Assembly (NCBI GenBank): GCA_028534125.1
Contig: CM052816.1
Location: forward strand, 13,394,001 to 13,458,000
Length of the DNA stretch: 64,000 nucleotides
Reading direction: 5' to 3'
DNA from: Lama glama
Taxonomy: Eukaryota
Of the stretch, positions 24,330 through 37,470 are shown one piece after another (the stretch's first letter is position 1; each line of letters begins with the position of its first letter). Made by a program: the position numbers and the translations under genes. The notes under the pieces are model-generated. The model was not told the origin of the DNA, made no database searches, and saw only the letters and a program-made list of their open reading frames with translations.

Positions 24330-24810
24330 GGATTCATTTAACAAATACTTATGAAGCATCTACTCTGAGCCAGGCCTTGTCCTGGGTGCTGGGAATCCTA
24401 AGATACACGAGAAGGTATGGTCCTCACTCTCATGGGGCTTATGTACAGTGTCTTGAGGAGAGATGGAAGATAAGCAGGTGAGTTATCGGGCAAGATAAGA
24501 CTTCAGAGGGAAAGCGCCATGAAGAAAGCAAAACAGGCAGATGTGGTAGACAGTGATGGGTAGGGGTCAGAGGGTCAGGGCAGGCCGGGGCATGTGAGGT
24601 CAGGGAAGAACCCTCTAGGGCAGCAGGGACAGGCGCTGCAAAGGCTGTGCGGCAGAAGTGAACTTGGTGCGTACAAGGGGCAGAAGCGGCTCAGGAGCCT
24701 GACAAGCAAGCGGGACGATCATGTGAAGTGAGGCTGGAGAGGTCAGGCAAGGTGACCAGCAAGGGCCGGCTCACGCAGGCCAGGACAGAGTTCAGACCTC
24801 ACTCTCCGTA
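24330..24810 (-). mobile_element. L2 LINE fragment
   Basis: attcatttaacaaatacttatgaagcatctactctgagccaggccttgtcctgggtgctgggaat...gaggctggagaggt is an antisense L2 3' end. Confidence 0.75.
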
Positions 24811-25019
24811 AAGAGCTCTAACCGAGTTCCTGAGTCTGAAGTGTGGCTAAACCTTTCATACGTTTATAGAATTAAAACTTATTAAAAAAAAAAACTAATG
24901 CAAAACCGACCCCGCTGAAAATCTCAAAGATGACTGTCATTTCCCAAGTAGGGGGCCCAAATTCTACTTTTTTGCAAAACTGATTGTCCAGACTCGTTTT
25001 CAGTGTATTTTGTGTATTT

Positions 25020-26260
25020 ACTCATTCATACAAAAAATAACATTTGTATCACTGAGTCCCAGGCAGTGTGCTGGGTGCCGAGGAGACAGGATGGAGAAGA
25101 CAATGTTGTCCCGCAGAGAATGTGGGACAAATAACCAGGTGACAACAACACACTGTGATAATGCCCTATGGGGGGGAGGGACAGGTCCCATAATATTCAG
25201 GGGTTACCCTACCCAGTCCGGGAGGGAGGGTGGGGCGAGCAGGGAGGATCAGGAAAGGCCTTCTGTAAGGAGTGCTATTAAGAACACAGCATCCCTGCAG
25301 GCGAGAAGACACAGGGCAAGGTGGAGGAAGCGAACCAAGTTCAGTAGGGCCCAGGCGGAGGGTTTAAACAGAGCCAAGCAGAGGTGTATCACCTGGGGCC
25401 TCTCAATCAGTCGGGATTCTGGAGTTTGGGGTATCAGCGTCAGGGGCCATCAGGACTTTCAAGCAGGGGAGCTCTGTGTTCAAGTCAGCACATTAGAACA
25501 AGGGCGGCAGTGTAGAGAGAGCTGGAGGAGCCGGTCACGGTCAGGAAGACCAGATGGGCGGGGCTTGGGCTAGGGCGGAGGTGGTGGGGACAGAGACAAG
25601 GCGGCTGGTGTGAGAGGCAGAACTGACAAGTTTTGATGGCTGATGAGAAGCTGGTGATAAATAAAAAGGACAGTAAAGGAAGCTGGCCAGGTTTCCAGGC
25701 ACCAGATGGACAGTGGTAAAATTCAGGGAGACAGGAAGCCCAGGGTGAGGAACGGGTATGGGTGCAGGGTTGCAAGAGGAAGCACTCGTGTGTGACAGTC
25801 AACTGTCCCTGGGGCTTGGCTGACAGTGGGATGCAGGGGTTGGAAGAGCAGCCGGATCTGGGACACAGACAGCCTTTGGCATGCTGCTGGAGGCTGGAAC
25901 CACAGAGAGGGATGCGCTCCATCGGGGAGTGAGGAAGAAGATTCAGAACCAGACCCAGAGAAATAACAACTCTCAAGAGTGAAGGCGCCTTCAGAGGAGA
26001 CTGAGGCAGAGAGACAGTTAGAAAGCCAGACTGTGGTACAATGAAAGACAAGCCAAGGGAGAGCTTTAGACTGTGTCCAAAGTGGCCAGAAAGGAAGCAA
26101 GACGGGGTCTGAGAAGGGCCCACGAGGAGCGACAGGGAAGACAGGAAGACACGGGTGACTTGGTGAAGGCAGTATCGGCAGGGTAACTGGGGACAAAACC
26201 CAGCTAAGTGGGGAGGGAGGGAGGAGCGGGGAGGAAGTGGAGACAGCAGGGGTGCCTATA
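25020..26260 (-). mobile_element. L2 LINE fragment (degenerate, ~1.2 kb)
   Basis: ctcattcatacaaaaa...aggcagtgtgctgggtgccgaggagac followed by purine-rich L2-like sequence. Probably accounts for the long spurious ORFs here. Confidence 0.6.
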
Positions 26261-26849
26261 TTTAGTCTCAAGACTAGGGATGAAAAAAATCAGCGCAGAA
26301 TTTTCCCCACATTAACAGATCAAATGTGGATTTTCCAAATGTTGGAAATAACTCCAGATTTAAAAGTGGGAAATAAAAGGGCCGTTTGGGAGCAAACTGC
26401 CTCAGGCCAGGGAAGTGGAAGGAGCCCTCTCAAGATTTCTCCGTCCAAGTGCTTTCCGGGGTCTAAGGACTCCACTCCCTCCCGGGGGCCACGCTCCAGA
26501 GCCGGGGAAGGGGATGTGGGCCGCGGCTCACTGTCTGACCTGAGCAGCAAGGGCAGCACTCAGGGCACACGAGCACGGCCAGGGGACCTGAAGGTCACGG
26601 TCATGAAAGCTAGCACAGGTGGTCACGGGCTGGTCCAGGAAGCTGACATGGTTCCCGTTTATACTTGGGGTCCCATCGCTCTTTCCTTGCTACCTCTTCT
26701 GCTTGTCTACCCAACAACGATTTAGTAACGCCGCCTTGATGCCGGGAGAGGTAAGGGATGCCGAGGACCGATAAGACCTCGTCCACTGGGGAAACCTGGT
26801 ATCTGAACAGAGGAGTGTTACGCATTTAGTCATGGGGAGCCTGGTGGGC

Positions 26850-27030
26850 ACAGCGGCCTGGAGTCACAGGATGGATTTCCCAGTCTGCCCTGTACACAAG
26901 CTGTGTCACCTTGTTCAAGGGAAATGAACTTCCTGAGCCTCAGTTTCCCCATCTGAGAAATGAGGTCATGATAGCCTACCTCCTGGGTGGTGGGGAGTAA
27001 CTGTGGTGGCCTCAGCTCAGCGTTTGGTAC
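26850..27030 (+). mobile_element. MIR SINE
   Basis: agctgtgtcaccttg...cctgagcctcagtttccccatctgagaaatgagg. Confidence 0.7.
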
Positions 27031-29125
27031 CAGGGGAGCCCTGGGCAGATGGCAGCAGCTATTGCTGTGTTAATAAGAAATAAGCCCGGGCTATTGTGAT
27101 GGGGTGGGGGGAGGGGCATCCCACACAGTCAAGGCAGGGGGTCAGGGAAGGCTCACGGGTGGAGCTCACCGAGGACCTTCAGAGGGCCAGCAAGTGTGGG
27201 CAGGGGGAGGACGCACCAGGCAGGGGGAACTGCGATCTCCAGTTTCTCTCCATTTCTCGTGAAGTTGTTAACCCCCTTCAATGAACACGATGCTTTTTTT
27301 TTTTCCTGGGTGCTGATTCAACAGGGAGAGCACAGGACTTGGGATCAGAAGGTCCGGGTTTGGACAGCAGCCTCCCAGCTTCAGACTGCCACGCAGACGT
27401 GAGCAGGCCACGCAAACCCTCTCGGTCACAAAATGCAGGCACTAGTTGCCCCGACTCCTCAGCCAGCCAGTCCATACTAACTGCGCTGTCAAGAGCGGGG
27501 GACACAGCCGTGAGCTAGAAACAGGCATGGGTGTAAGGTACATTACAGCTTAGTGCAGGAGTCAGACAAGTAAACGGGCAACTACAATACTGAGTGCAAA
27601 GCGCTGTGATCGGGGTTAACGCAAACATCAGATGAAACACTCTGTACGCGCTGGCTCTGGGAAGCCCTAGCAGTGTGGTGGCACTATTCCAATATTCCTA
27701 TCCTAATGCTGCTAGCCAGATCCTCAATCTCCCAGGAAGTTTTCCAAACGCCTAGTCTGAGGATGGCATCTTCTCTCCAAGGCAGCTACAGGTCAACGTG
27801 TATATCAAACACACGTGTAGGTCTGTTCTACCATGCTTTCGCTGCCAGATTCTCTGTAGTCTCAGCATTCAATAAGGCCTGCCCACAGTGGGTGGCACTA
27901 TGGTTGGTGATTTCAAATATATTTCATGGATCTGAACCCCACAGGCTTGTGATGAGGTCTCAGAAGCTGATTCCTTCATCCAGCACGCACTATGCTGCAA
28001 AACATCAGCCAGGCACTGTTCTGAGAGGCCCAGGGTACGGAGACAGACAGGACGGACCCTGTCCAAAGATGATGAGCTTAGCGAAAAAGACACTTGGACA
28101 CTAATGTGATGAGGTGTTACAGTTAATGCTACGCTGTATATAATTAGAGGGATAATGTCATTTATCACTCAAACCAGGACAGTGAAGGAGGGGGGACACT
28201 ACTAAATTTATACCTGGGCTACAGACACAATCATAAACTGAACTTTATGGTCCCTAGATAGAATACAGAGGTCAAATTTTTGCTCCAAGTAATGGCAGAT
28301 GAATGTCAGAACGAAAGCATATTGATACTGCAGCCTGATTCTACATAGCTCACATTTTTGCTTTCTAAGAAGTGAGTTAACTCCTTTCCATGGTTCCTTG
28401 AGATATAGAATTTTCTTTGCATATTGAACCCTAAAGGCATTTGTGGATTGCAAGGTTATGAGCTGAAAATTGTATAAGGATGATAATCAGATACCTTAGC
28501 CTTCTTTTAATGGCAGAAATTTACATCATCTTATTGAAATGTGAGTTTCCATGCTATATCTACACTCCTGCCTAATGGCCTGCCACTTAGGATTATGTTA
28601 AACCCCCATCTAAAGGAGTTCCCTCCGCAGGCTCCAAAATGAACTGCCTTTCTAACTGCTTTTTAATATTAACATTTAAAAGCATACTCCATGCTACCCT
28701 AGGGCGAAGCCAAGTTAATTTCTCATTTTCAGACTCACTCTATCTGGTGGTGAAAGCACTTCTACTTTACCGTGCGTGGGCACAACGGTGATGCTCCTGG
28801 AGAGAGGAACTCGAGGGAGGACAGAAAAACCCTTGGCAACATCCGTACGCTATGGGGTTTGGAAGTCACTCTCCTCCTGCCTGAAGGGTTCCCTTGCCAG
28901 GCCTGCAGGTAATTTCCCACGTGAAACTCACTTCCAATGAAAAGCCCCATTGGCTTAAAGCCCTTCATCTAAAAAGTGAGCTTGTGCTCATAAATGTGAA
29001 CATAGACTTGGTGGCCTGATATGCTGAGATCCCATTATCTGTAGTCTACCAAGTCTACCATTATCTGTATCTATCTACCAAGCAGGTGTCTTACTACACA
29101 GGCAACATGACTTTTCATCTTTCTT

Positions 29126-29175
29126 TCTTTAAAAAAATTAAAAAAAAAGACTAAAGTATAGTTGATTTACAATGT
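29126..29175 (-). mobile_element. Extremely 5'-truncated L1 insertion with an 18-bp TSD
   Basis: The insert's reverse complement starts aacattgtaaatcaactatactt, the L1 3' terminus also seen near 39808-39830. Flanked by tgacttttcatctttctt at 29108-29125 and 29176-29193. Confidence 0.8.
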
Positions 29176-30519
29176 TGACTTTTCATCTTTCTTAAGGGAC
29201 AAATGCCTGGCCAATCTTTGGCTTAGAGAAGACATGTATCTCATAAAGATGATTCTCTCTCATTTCATTTGCCATATTTCAGATGAGAGACTTAAAAAAT
29301 GAAGAGAAATAAGCCAAAGTTGGTTAAAAAAATTCCTTATGCCAGTTCTCCTCCAAACCTAAAAACAGAATCAGAAAGAAATCCAAGCCTGCTTTTGTAA
29401 AAACAAAACAAAACAAAAACAAAAAAACCCCGAAATCCCCCCAAAACCAAAAGCAAAACGAAACTCCCTCTTGCCCCCCTCATGTATATTAGACAGCATA
29501 AAACTTCTGGACCAGGTGTGTATTAAGAATCTTCTACATTTTGGTATCCATAATCCTTCATAAGAGGAAGGATATAATGTTACCCAGCCTTCTCTAGTAA
29601 ACACTAAAAATTTGGCTTCAAAAAGTTGTTTTTCTAAAACACTTCTGAAAATAGATACTTGCAGAAGAAAGTTATCATGCTAAGTGGAGGCATGGCAAAC
29701 ATCCTCTCTCCATGACATGGCAACGAACAGACTTCCCCTTAGTGTCACCAGAGTACCGCATCTTCAGGCTCCCCTAAGCATTCTGCTTATGGCTTCCATG
29801 AGTTGCCTTTCACGATGTTTATCAATCCCTTTGTTTATAAATTCTGCCAGCTGTGAGCATGACCCTAGAGGCCTGAGTTTTTACATAATATCACCACTTA
29901 ATTCACTTGTGAAGCCCCCAGAAGTAAGAGGCAGCCCTTATATTACCTCAACAGCCATAAACAGGAGGCAGACGTCTGGGCTCCTTTTACATAGGAAAGG
30001 AAAGTCTTTTTAAAGAGTTTGCGCAACAGATGTATTCTGAGCACATCGGTTCTCTGGCATTCTTCCTGCAGCTCCATATCAAATGTGAAATGTAGTTAAA
30101 TCACAGGTTTACACTTAAGCTTGCTTAACTCTGATAATGGCCCTGGATGCATATCAAAGAACGGGCCCACGTGCACTTATCAGTCCCTTACAGGTATGAG
30201 GCTTAAGAGTTCAGCAGAGTACTCCATTGCTCACTTGTTTAGAAACTCAGAGGTAGTTATCAGCAAGTATTTGGATACGGGCTCCAATGACTTCTGATCC
30301 TAGGTAATCCTATATTGCCCCAGGGTTGCCCGGTTATTAAGTACAGGTTTAAAATACTCTTACGACAGATAATTCACAACCATGGGCTAGAGGTCTAGAT
30401 GCCTAAATCCATCAATAACATACAGGAATAGCCTTCAACTTGTTGGGGAAGGTTTCTCTCATTAAGTTTTATGTTTTTATGTTGATCTATTGCTTTGAAT
30501 GGATGTTTCATCAGATGAT

Positions 30520-30672
30520 AAAATTTCCAAACATCATAAAGGAGTATCATATAAATTGTAGAGAGGGGGAAAATAAGCCTCCCTTCTCACTGACCACCCC
30601 CGCCCCGCTTCAGAAGTAACCATCTTTATCAGCGTCCTGTACTTCCTTCTGGAGATATTACATGAACATACA

Positions 30673-30703
<31 letters not shown>

Positions 30704-30960
30704 AGGTGTGTGTACGGGTCTGGGCAGGCACCTGTGTACGATTCCTTCTTTTAAAAAACAAAGAGTAGCAGGTTGTCACATTCCTCTGAACACTGCTTGT
30801 TTTCCTTAACGATATATCCTGTAGATTACTCCTTCAGCCCAGGGAAAGTTGCCTCCTTGTTCTTTTTAGTGGCCACATAATATTCTACCACAGAGGGGGC
30901 TCTTATTCAACCAGACCCTTACAAATGAACATGTAGGTTGTTTCCTATTTTTTGCTTTCT
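30520..30960 (-). mobile_element. Old L1ME-type fragment containing a (TG)n tract
   Basis: cagaagtaaccatctttatcag...cttgtttttccttaacgatatatcctg...ttcaaccagacccttacaaatgaacatgtaggttgtttcc. Confidence 0.6.
30676..30713. repeat. (TG)n microsatellite
   Basis: gtgtgtgtgtgtgtgtgtgtgtgtgtgtaggtgtgtgt seen directly. Confidence 0.9.
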
Positions 30961-31444
30961 AATGGGACAGATTCTCACAGCTGGAATACGGCAGAATGGG
31001 CAGTGTATAAATACTATCTACTGCCTTCCTTCTTTTAAAACACCCTGCTCTCTGAACAACATGGAGAGGCTACTTGGATGAAATGGATGTCAACCTTCCT
31101 GGTGCTACGCAAGGAAGATGATCGCTCTCCTCTCTCCTAGAGTTCACAGTTGGTTTCCCAAGCTGATACCCTTTGGCACTGCCCTTGAGCAGCAGCTGAA
31201 TCCTGGGGAGAGGAGCTCCTTAGCTTTGCCAGAACTCAATCCATTGTGTTGCGCAGACCATCCTCAGTATCCAGGCAGCCTCCGCCCGACATGAATTCTC
31301 TGTAGGGTGAATCTCTTTGCTTAGGGAGCCTAGCGTAGAATTGAGGTCAAGGTCATTCCTCCCTTCCACATAGCATCATGCAGGACTCTGATTCCTGGGG
31401 GGCTCTAAGCACTTACACAGGCTTTAGACAACAAATCCCAAACA

Positions 31445-31655
31445 GTGAGGTGGGGAAAAGCCTCTGGAGCTGGGCTGCCTGGACTGTGGGCAAGTAACCT
31501 AACCTTTTCACGTCTCAGTTTCCTCTCTGCAAAGTCGGGAAAGGAACACCTACTTCAGAGGGTGACTGTGAGGACTGAGGAAGACAACGTCTATGTACAT
31601 TGCTGAGCAAAGAGCCTGAACTTAGTGAGGGCTCGAGCAAATGTTAACTACTATT
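31445..31655 (+). mobile_element. MIR SINE
   Basis: ctctggagctgggctgcctgg...gggcaagtaacctaacc...tctcagtttcctctctgcaaa...gtgaggactgagg. Confidence 0.75.
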
Positions 31656-31739
31656 AATAAAACAATCCAAAGCCACTCTTTTAGTTTTTGAGAAACATCT
31701 TGGCCCTGCCTAAAAATACACCTGTTGTGAATTCTGGCC

Positions 31740-32115
31740 TTGGGGTGATGCTCCAGTCTCCTGACCCCTCTCTCTTCAGGCCCCCATGTTTCTGGCACAC
31801 CCTGCAGAACTGTTTGCTATTTCTTAAGCACCCAGTGTCTTTGCCTCCTTGTTGGTGTTAGAGCATTTCCATTTCCCTACAATGTCATCCGTCTCCACGC
31901 AGCTAACTGTTACTCACTTCCCAGGATGCAAACCACAGGGCGAGGCTAAATGTCCTTCCTGTGGCCCCTACTGCGTCTTGAGCCTACGTCCCTCGTAGCA
32001 CTGTCAGGCCGCCTGGAAGGAGCAGATCTCCACAGGAACTGAATCCTAAATCCCCAGCACCCAGCACCGTGTGCGCACACCAGAAGGGCTCGGTAACTGT
32101 TTGCCGAATTCAAAC
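31740..32115 (+). mobile_element. L2 LINE 3' fragment
   Basis: Ends aatccccagcacccagcaccgtgtgcgcacaccagaagggctcggtaactgtttgccgaat, resembling the L2 3' terminus. Confidence 0.55.
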
Positions 32116-33754
32116 GAAACCCGGCGAGACAAGATTTCCCATCAGCCTATTTAATTTCCTCAGTAAAACATCATCTATGCCTCTGGCATGTTCTTTCAAT
32201 CAACAACATAGGTATCTGCACTGCAGGTGTTAATATTCCTAAAAACCTTAATTTAGAATCTCCTTTCAAAGGCAGGGCTCAGGCTGCCTTTGAGGAGAGA
32301 CTTCCCTACGAGCCTAAGCGCGCTCCTGCCTACTACTCGTCATCCTGCAAGCAGGCAGATGGCCTGAAACCACACGCTTCGTCTAGGTGGTTCTCCTCCC
32401 TGTGCCACAGCTAAAAGGACTTCTCGATACTTCAGATTAGCATATCACTCTACAGTCCGAACCAACAGGAGAAACAGCTGGATCTAGACAGTCTGACTTT
32501 TTTTTTTGTATAAAACTTCTAGAGAAGATGTAGACTCTTGCCCTATTGAGAATCATTAATGCAGAGACTCATATGACAAATTAATATCAGAACTTGCCAC
32601 TCTTGATGAGCGAGCATGCTTTCCTTGAAGGGACAACTGAATCGTACATTCCATTATATTTTTCCTTTCTTCATCATGGCTGCTAGGTAGCTCAGGGCAC
32701 TTTGATGGTGAATTACCCTCTTCTTCTCTCAACCTTTGTCAAGCTGCTATTCTTTATGCTTAATTGACTCTACTCTGTATGTATTTTGAAAAAGAGTAAT
32801 GAGCCTCACATTTTTGTTGGGTTATCAACAAGGCTTGGAGAACAGGTGTTACCAAGTACCTGGCACATGTAACACATCTGCCTGCACTGTCACCCAGCTG
32901 TGCTCTGCCCCCCCCACCCCCACCATGCAGAACTTGTCAGCACACAATGGCTTGAAATAAAAAACAAATGAACTTAATGCTCATGAGTTGTGGAAATGCT
33001 GTCCTGGTTTTAACTGGCAACAGGAGACAAGTTTGTAGGTGATGGCTGCTGCCCAGATTTTGAAATGGATACGATGGCCCAAGCTGTAAAGCCCTCCTTC
33101 GATAAGTGTATGGAAATCACTCCGGCCCTTAGGGGGACAACCATGCCTTCCCAGCAATGAAAGGAAGGAAAGGGAAAAAATGAACCGGAAGCTCAGTCCC
33201 CACATCGCAAACCTCAGCGCAAACTGGAACTGTAATCAGTAGGTTCCGGGACCGTGTTGACACCAGAGATAAAGCCTGGACTTGCAAATGCTCTGCTGCC
33301 TTCTCTCCAATTTGGAGGAAAAGTGTAAATGACAACCCGATCGTCAGCTTTTGAGGGAAAGTTTTTTGGGTTTTTTTAACGGCAGAAATGAGCAAATGTA
33401 AGGAAATGTCCTGAGCGTGAAAAAACATTGCTGACCTGAGATGAGAGGGTTACAGAACGCTCAAGGAGAGATTAGCGCCTCTGCCATCACACCTGGAGTC
33501 TAAAGAGTCAGCCCGATACAGTGGGAAACCCTGGAAGAAAGAAGGTGCGCTGTGAAACTGCATTCCCTTCCCCTCCCTTCCTTGCGATGGGAGAAACCAG
33601 CCACTGCCTTCCAACCTCCAGCCAATGATGTGCCGTATCGGCGTTATCTCTGAGTATCTGTCAAAGCTCCGGATCTCAAGGGTGGCTCACATCCAGGCTA
33701 CCAGCCATGGCTAAGAATGAGGCACTAGTCCTCAAGACGATGGAAGACTCAGTG

Positions 33755-33955
33755 GCTGGCTGGAGCTTACACAGGCATCACTTCAAATTCTGGTTCTGCT
33801 TCCTCCCAGCTCTGTGATCTTGAGGATGTCAGTTCATCCATCTGACACCCGGTTTCCCCATCTGTAAAATGGGGATGTTGGCTATGGTTGCCTCACTGGG
33901 TTGTAAGGAAGATCAGATCACGTATGTAAAACCCTGAAACTAGGGCCTGGCAGTG
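33755..33955 (+). mobile_element. MIR SINE
   Basis: ttcaaattctggttctgct...agctctgtgatcttg...ggtttccccatctgtaaaatgggg. Confidence 0.75.
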
Positions 33956-35559
33956 GGAGATGGCCATTAGACATTGCCCTCATTCTCCTTCCTCCCTGGA
34001 ATCCTTCATTTTCATCCTTTGTGGTCTCTGTCCTTTGCTATAGTTTATTTCAACTCCTTCCTGCTCTCCTCTCCCGGCCTCTTTCTTAAACTTTGGCCTG
34101 ACCTCTGTTTTTTGGGAGCTCCTTACTCTCCTATGTCCTTCCTGGCTCCCCAAACTCATCCGGCATCTAAACTTCAGTGATAACCAGGGAATGCATGGTT
34201 CTGACGGGAGAACGTGGTGGGGCTGCTTCAGTCTCTTTCCTTTCATGCCCAACCTTAGAGGCTTATCCTAACCCAAGCCCCTCCGGCCAAGCAATCCCGC
34301 AAAGCTGCTGGGGGGTGGGGGGATTCCAGAACCCAACTACCTAGGTCCTATCCCACCTCCATCCTCAGGCAAATCAGGTAACCTCTCTGTGCTCCCTCCT
34401 CACGTGTAAAATTGAGGTGACAACAATCCCTCATGTGTTGTGATGATTAAATAAATAAATACACATCAAGGGCCTGGCACGGAGGGGCTGAATGAATGGT
34501 AGCTACCGACCATCATCATGACCACCACCATCACCATCATCTTCTATCCTGCGGAGACTTCACGTCCCATCATTATATTTTCAACCTTCGAGAGCAAAAT
34601 TTGTTCTCAGGAATATCAATCAGGCCCTGGAGGATCAAACTAAGGTGGAATTTTCCAGTAGCTCAGTGTGATCCTGGCAGAAGATTCAGTTCTTATCCAC
34701 ACTCGGAGGCTTTGGACGACGTCACCGCAAGTTGGAGACTGGCTGTTGGCTGCCCTGCTGCTTCTGGCAGGCCACCAGAAGATGCCACCACCCAGCGGCC
34801 TGGCCGGAGGTGCTCCCAGAGCCACTGGGCCAGAGGATACACTGTTCCTGCGTGTTCATGGCTCTTACAGAAGCAAAGGGGCCAGTCCTTTGACATTCCT
34901 TTTCCAATGGTTCCTCCCATCCCGAGACACACTCCTGAGAACACTGTCATTAAAACTAATGGAGGCCAGACCCCGGCACACCAACCAGTGTTTCCCATAT
35001 GTCCTCTAATGGTCTGCAAGGGGCACTGATCATGACATTTTCCCAGAAATCTGTTTTTTAAGTGAAATAGCTCTGTCCAGAGCAAAGCAAGAAGATGACA
35101 TTTTCTTCATTTTTTTAAAACTACAAAGTATGTTATTCTTGAAGGAGCCAGTCAGTTAACTAGGAATAAAATAAATTCTGCAACAACCATTTGGACTCAA
35201 AAAAGGGACATTTTCAGAGAACACATGAGGAATTATAAAGCAGCACAGATTTGCCTCTTGGCATGTAAAGCCACCAGATCCTTCACAAAGTCCATGTAAG
35301 ACCTGCATAGATGACATCTGTGGTCCGGGCTGCCTCTCCCCTGGGAACCACCCCTCTCCATTCCCACAGTCCATGTACTCTGAGTGGCCCTCCTCCTCTT
35401 TCCACCCAGTCAAGAAGGAACAGGTGTTGCAGGCGTAGACCAGCAGAGCGTCACATACTCTGGCCACACAGACTGGTTAAGGGACTGGAGAGGTGATTCA
35501 ACTTGGACCAAGAGGAATTAGGCCCAGACGATTGCTCAAACTTTTAGACAAAAGAGGCT

Positions 35560-35850
35560 CTTTATTCTCTCCTGGACTTGGGAGTTTTAAAGAAGTCAGT
35601 CCTGCCGGTGGCAACCATCTTACAACCAAAAGGAAAGCGCTTATCTAAGAGGAGAGGCAAGAAGAAAACTGGGCTGGGAGATGGCAAGAGCTGGGTCCCA
35701 ATGGCAACATCTGAGCACCTGGATCCACACATGCCTGAAGCAGATATTCCTGTGCTTTTCAATTATAGAGTGAACCAGTAAGTTCCATTCCAGCCTAAGT
35801 TAGTTGGGCTGAGTTTTCTGTTACTTGTACCCAAGAATCCTGACTGGTAA
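35560..35850. mobile_element. MLT1 (ERVL-MaLR) LTR fragment
   Basis: ggcaaccatctt...tgagcacctggatccacacatgcctgaagc...gcctaagttagttgggctgagttttctgttacttgtacccaagaatcctgact. Confidence 0.7.
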
Positions 35851-37261
35851 ATTTGCTCAAGCTGACACAAAGGGTCTCAGATATAAAGACTTCCTGTTCA
35901 TTGAAAAGACGTCACACTAGGGAAGTTTATACTAGTGCTCATATGAGGAGGACAGGACCAGTCAGCTCTTATTAGAGCCCAGAAAGGCCCTGGATTGAGA
36001 AAAATGTAAACATTCCAAAGGCAAAGGGTGGGCAGTAACTTCAACAGTGCACGGTGCTTTGAGACAATGTGTCAGCCAGAGTTGAACAGCTGGGATGCAC
36101 TTTCTATAATTCACTTATAATTTCAGAAAGAGAAATGGATGTTACAGATCCAAAGGAAAATAAATACCAGGCTCATTAAGCAGGTTTAGCACAGTAACTG
36201 AGGGCTAAACATAGCTACTCTGTCTAAGGAGCAAAAATAAGCAGGAATTTTCTGTAAGGCTAACTGATCCCTATTTATACTCTCTCCTTATTAAGCCCAC
36301 GGTGAATCTGGCCGGGCCCAGCTGTTTCTGAGCTACTTTGCCCATTTGGAGCTCAGAGCTAGTCTTAAGCTACAACCTGACTCCAAGGTAAGCAGCCCCT
36401 GCTGAAAGCTAAAGGTGTCAGAATTCGTCTGATGTGTTTGGTGCTGGATTGTAACTCAGACAAGAGGAATACAGCTTGTTTTCAGATCTATTTTGTTCGC
36501 TTTTTACAACATAAAACTCAAAGCAAAGAAGCAGCAGCAGAATGTTGAAGGGCCCTGTGTGACACTTAGGAACGGAAACAGGCCCTTTCTGGAAGAAATT
36601 TGGCCTAAAAAAAATTGAAGAAGAGTTGCAGATGGTGAGGCCTATTTGACCATGAAGCGAAACTGTGATGAAAGTAGGGAACGTCTCAGGCAAGTCAATT
36701 ACACAGGATAAACCGACAGAAGATGTTCCATCAGGGACCCAGCGAGCACGGAATTCTGGAATGGGAATACAACACGAGTAGGCCTTCCCAGCTTTTGCGC
36801 CCAAAGAATTAAAAATTGTATTGACGTAAGAAACAAAACAACTGTAATATTATAGATGAAAAGCACACGTTCAGAGAGTCAATTACGAGCAGTTCCCCAT
36901 GTATGCCCAGTACACTCCTGCCCCCGAGCCTGTCCCCACTGTTCCCCTTGCCCTGAATACCTCTGGTCCCTTCCGTCTAAATCCAACTCATCTTTCAAGA
37001 CCCAGGTTCAAGTGCCAATTTGATTCAATGACTTCCTCGATTATCTAGCTCAGTCACATCTCCTGATGGAGAATTCCAGCAGCACCTCATCCCATAGCAT
37101 CTAGACCTTTCATTCTTGTTTTACAGTTATTTTCTATTTTATATATTAATAATGTATATGATTAGAATGATTACATATTATTTTTTCTTTTCGTTTCTTT
37201 GAAGCCATCATGCTGTACATTACACACCAAGCACTTACTTATCTTATAAGTGGAAGTTTGT

Positions 37262-37470
37262 CTACCAGGTACAGAATAGATAAACAAGGTCCTACTGTAT
37301 AGCACAGAGAACTGTATTCAATGGCTTCTAGTAATCTGTAATGAAGAAGAATATGAAAAAGAACATGTATAAAACATGTATAACTGAATTGCGATGCTGT
37401 ACACCAGAAACTAACACAACATTGTAAATTAAAAAATGTTTTAAATATGAAGAAAATGAATATTAAAAAA
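37262..37470 (+). mobile_element. Artiodactyl-type L1 3' end with a 16-bp TSD, inserted into an older antisense L1MA fragment
   Basis: acaaggtcctactgtatagcacagagaac...gctgtacaccagaaactaacacaacattgtaaat followed by an A-rich tail. Flanked by ataagtggaagtttgt at 37246-37261 and 37471-37486. Confidence 0.85.

Noticed and set aside
25010..26725. Cluster of 160-212 aa ORFs on both strands
   Set aside because: They mostly overlap a degenerate purine-rich L2 fragment and show no recognisable protein similarity or splice structure.
34496..35029. 177-aa ORF with an N-terminal poly-His run
   Set aside because: The His run is a (CAT/CAC)n simple repeat at the tail of a MIR, and the rest has no recognisable features.
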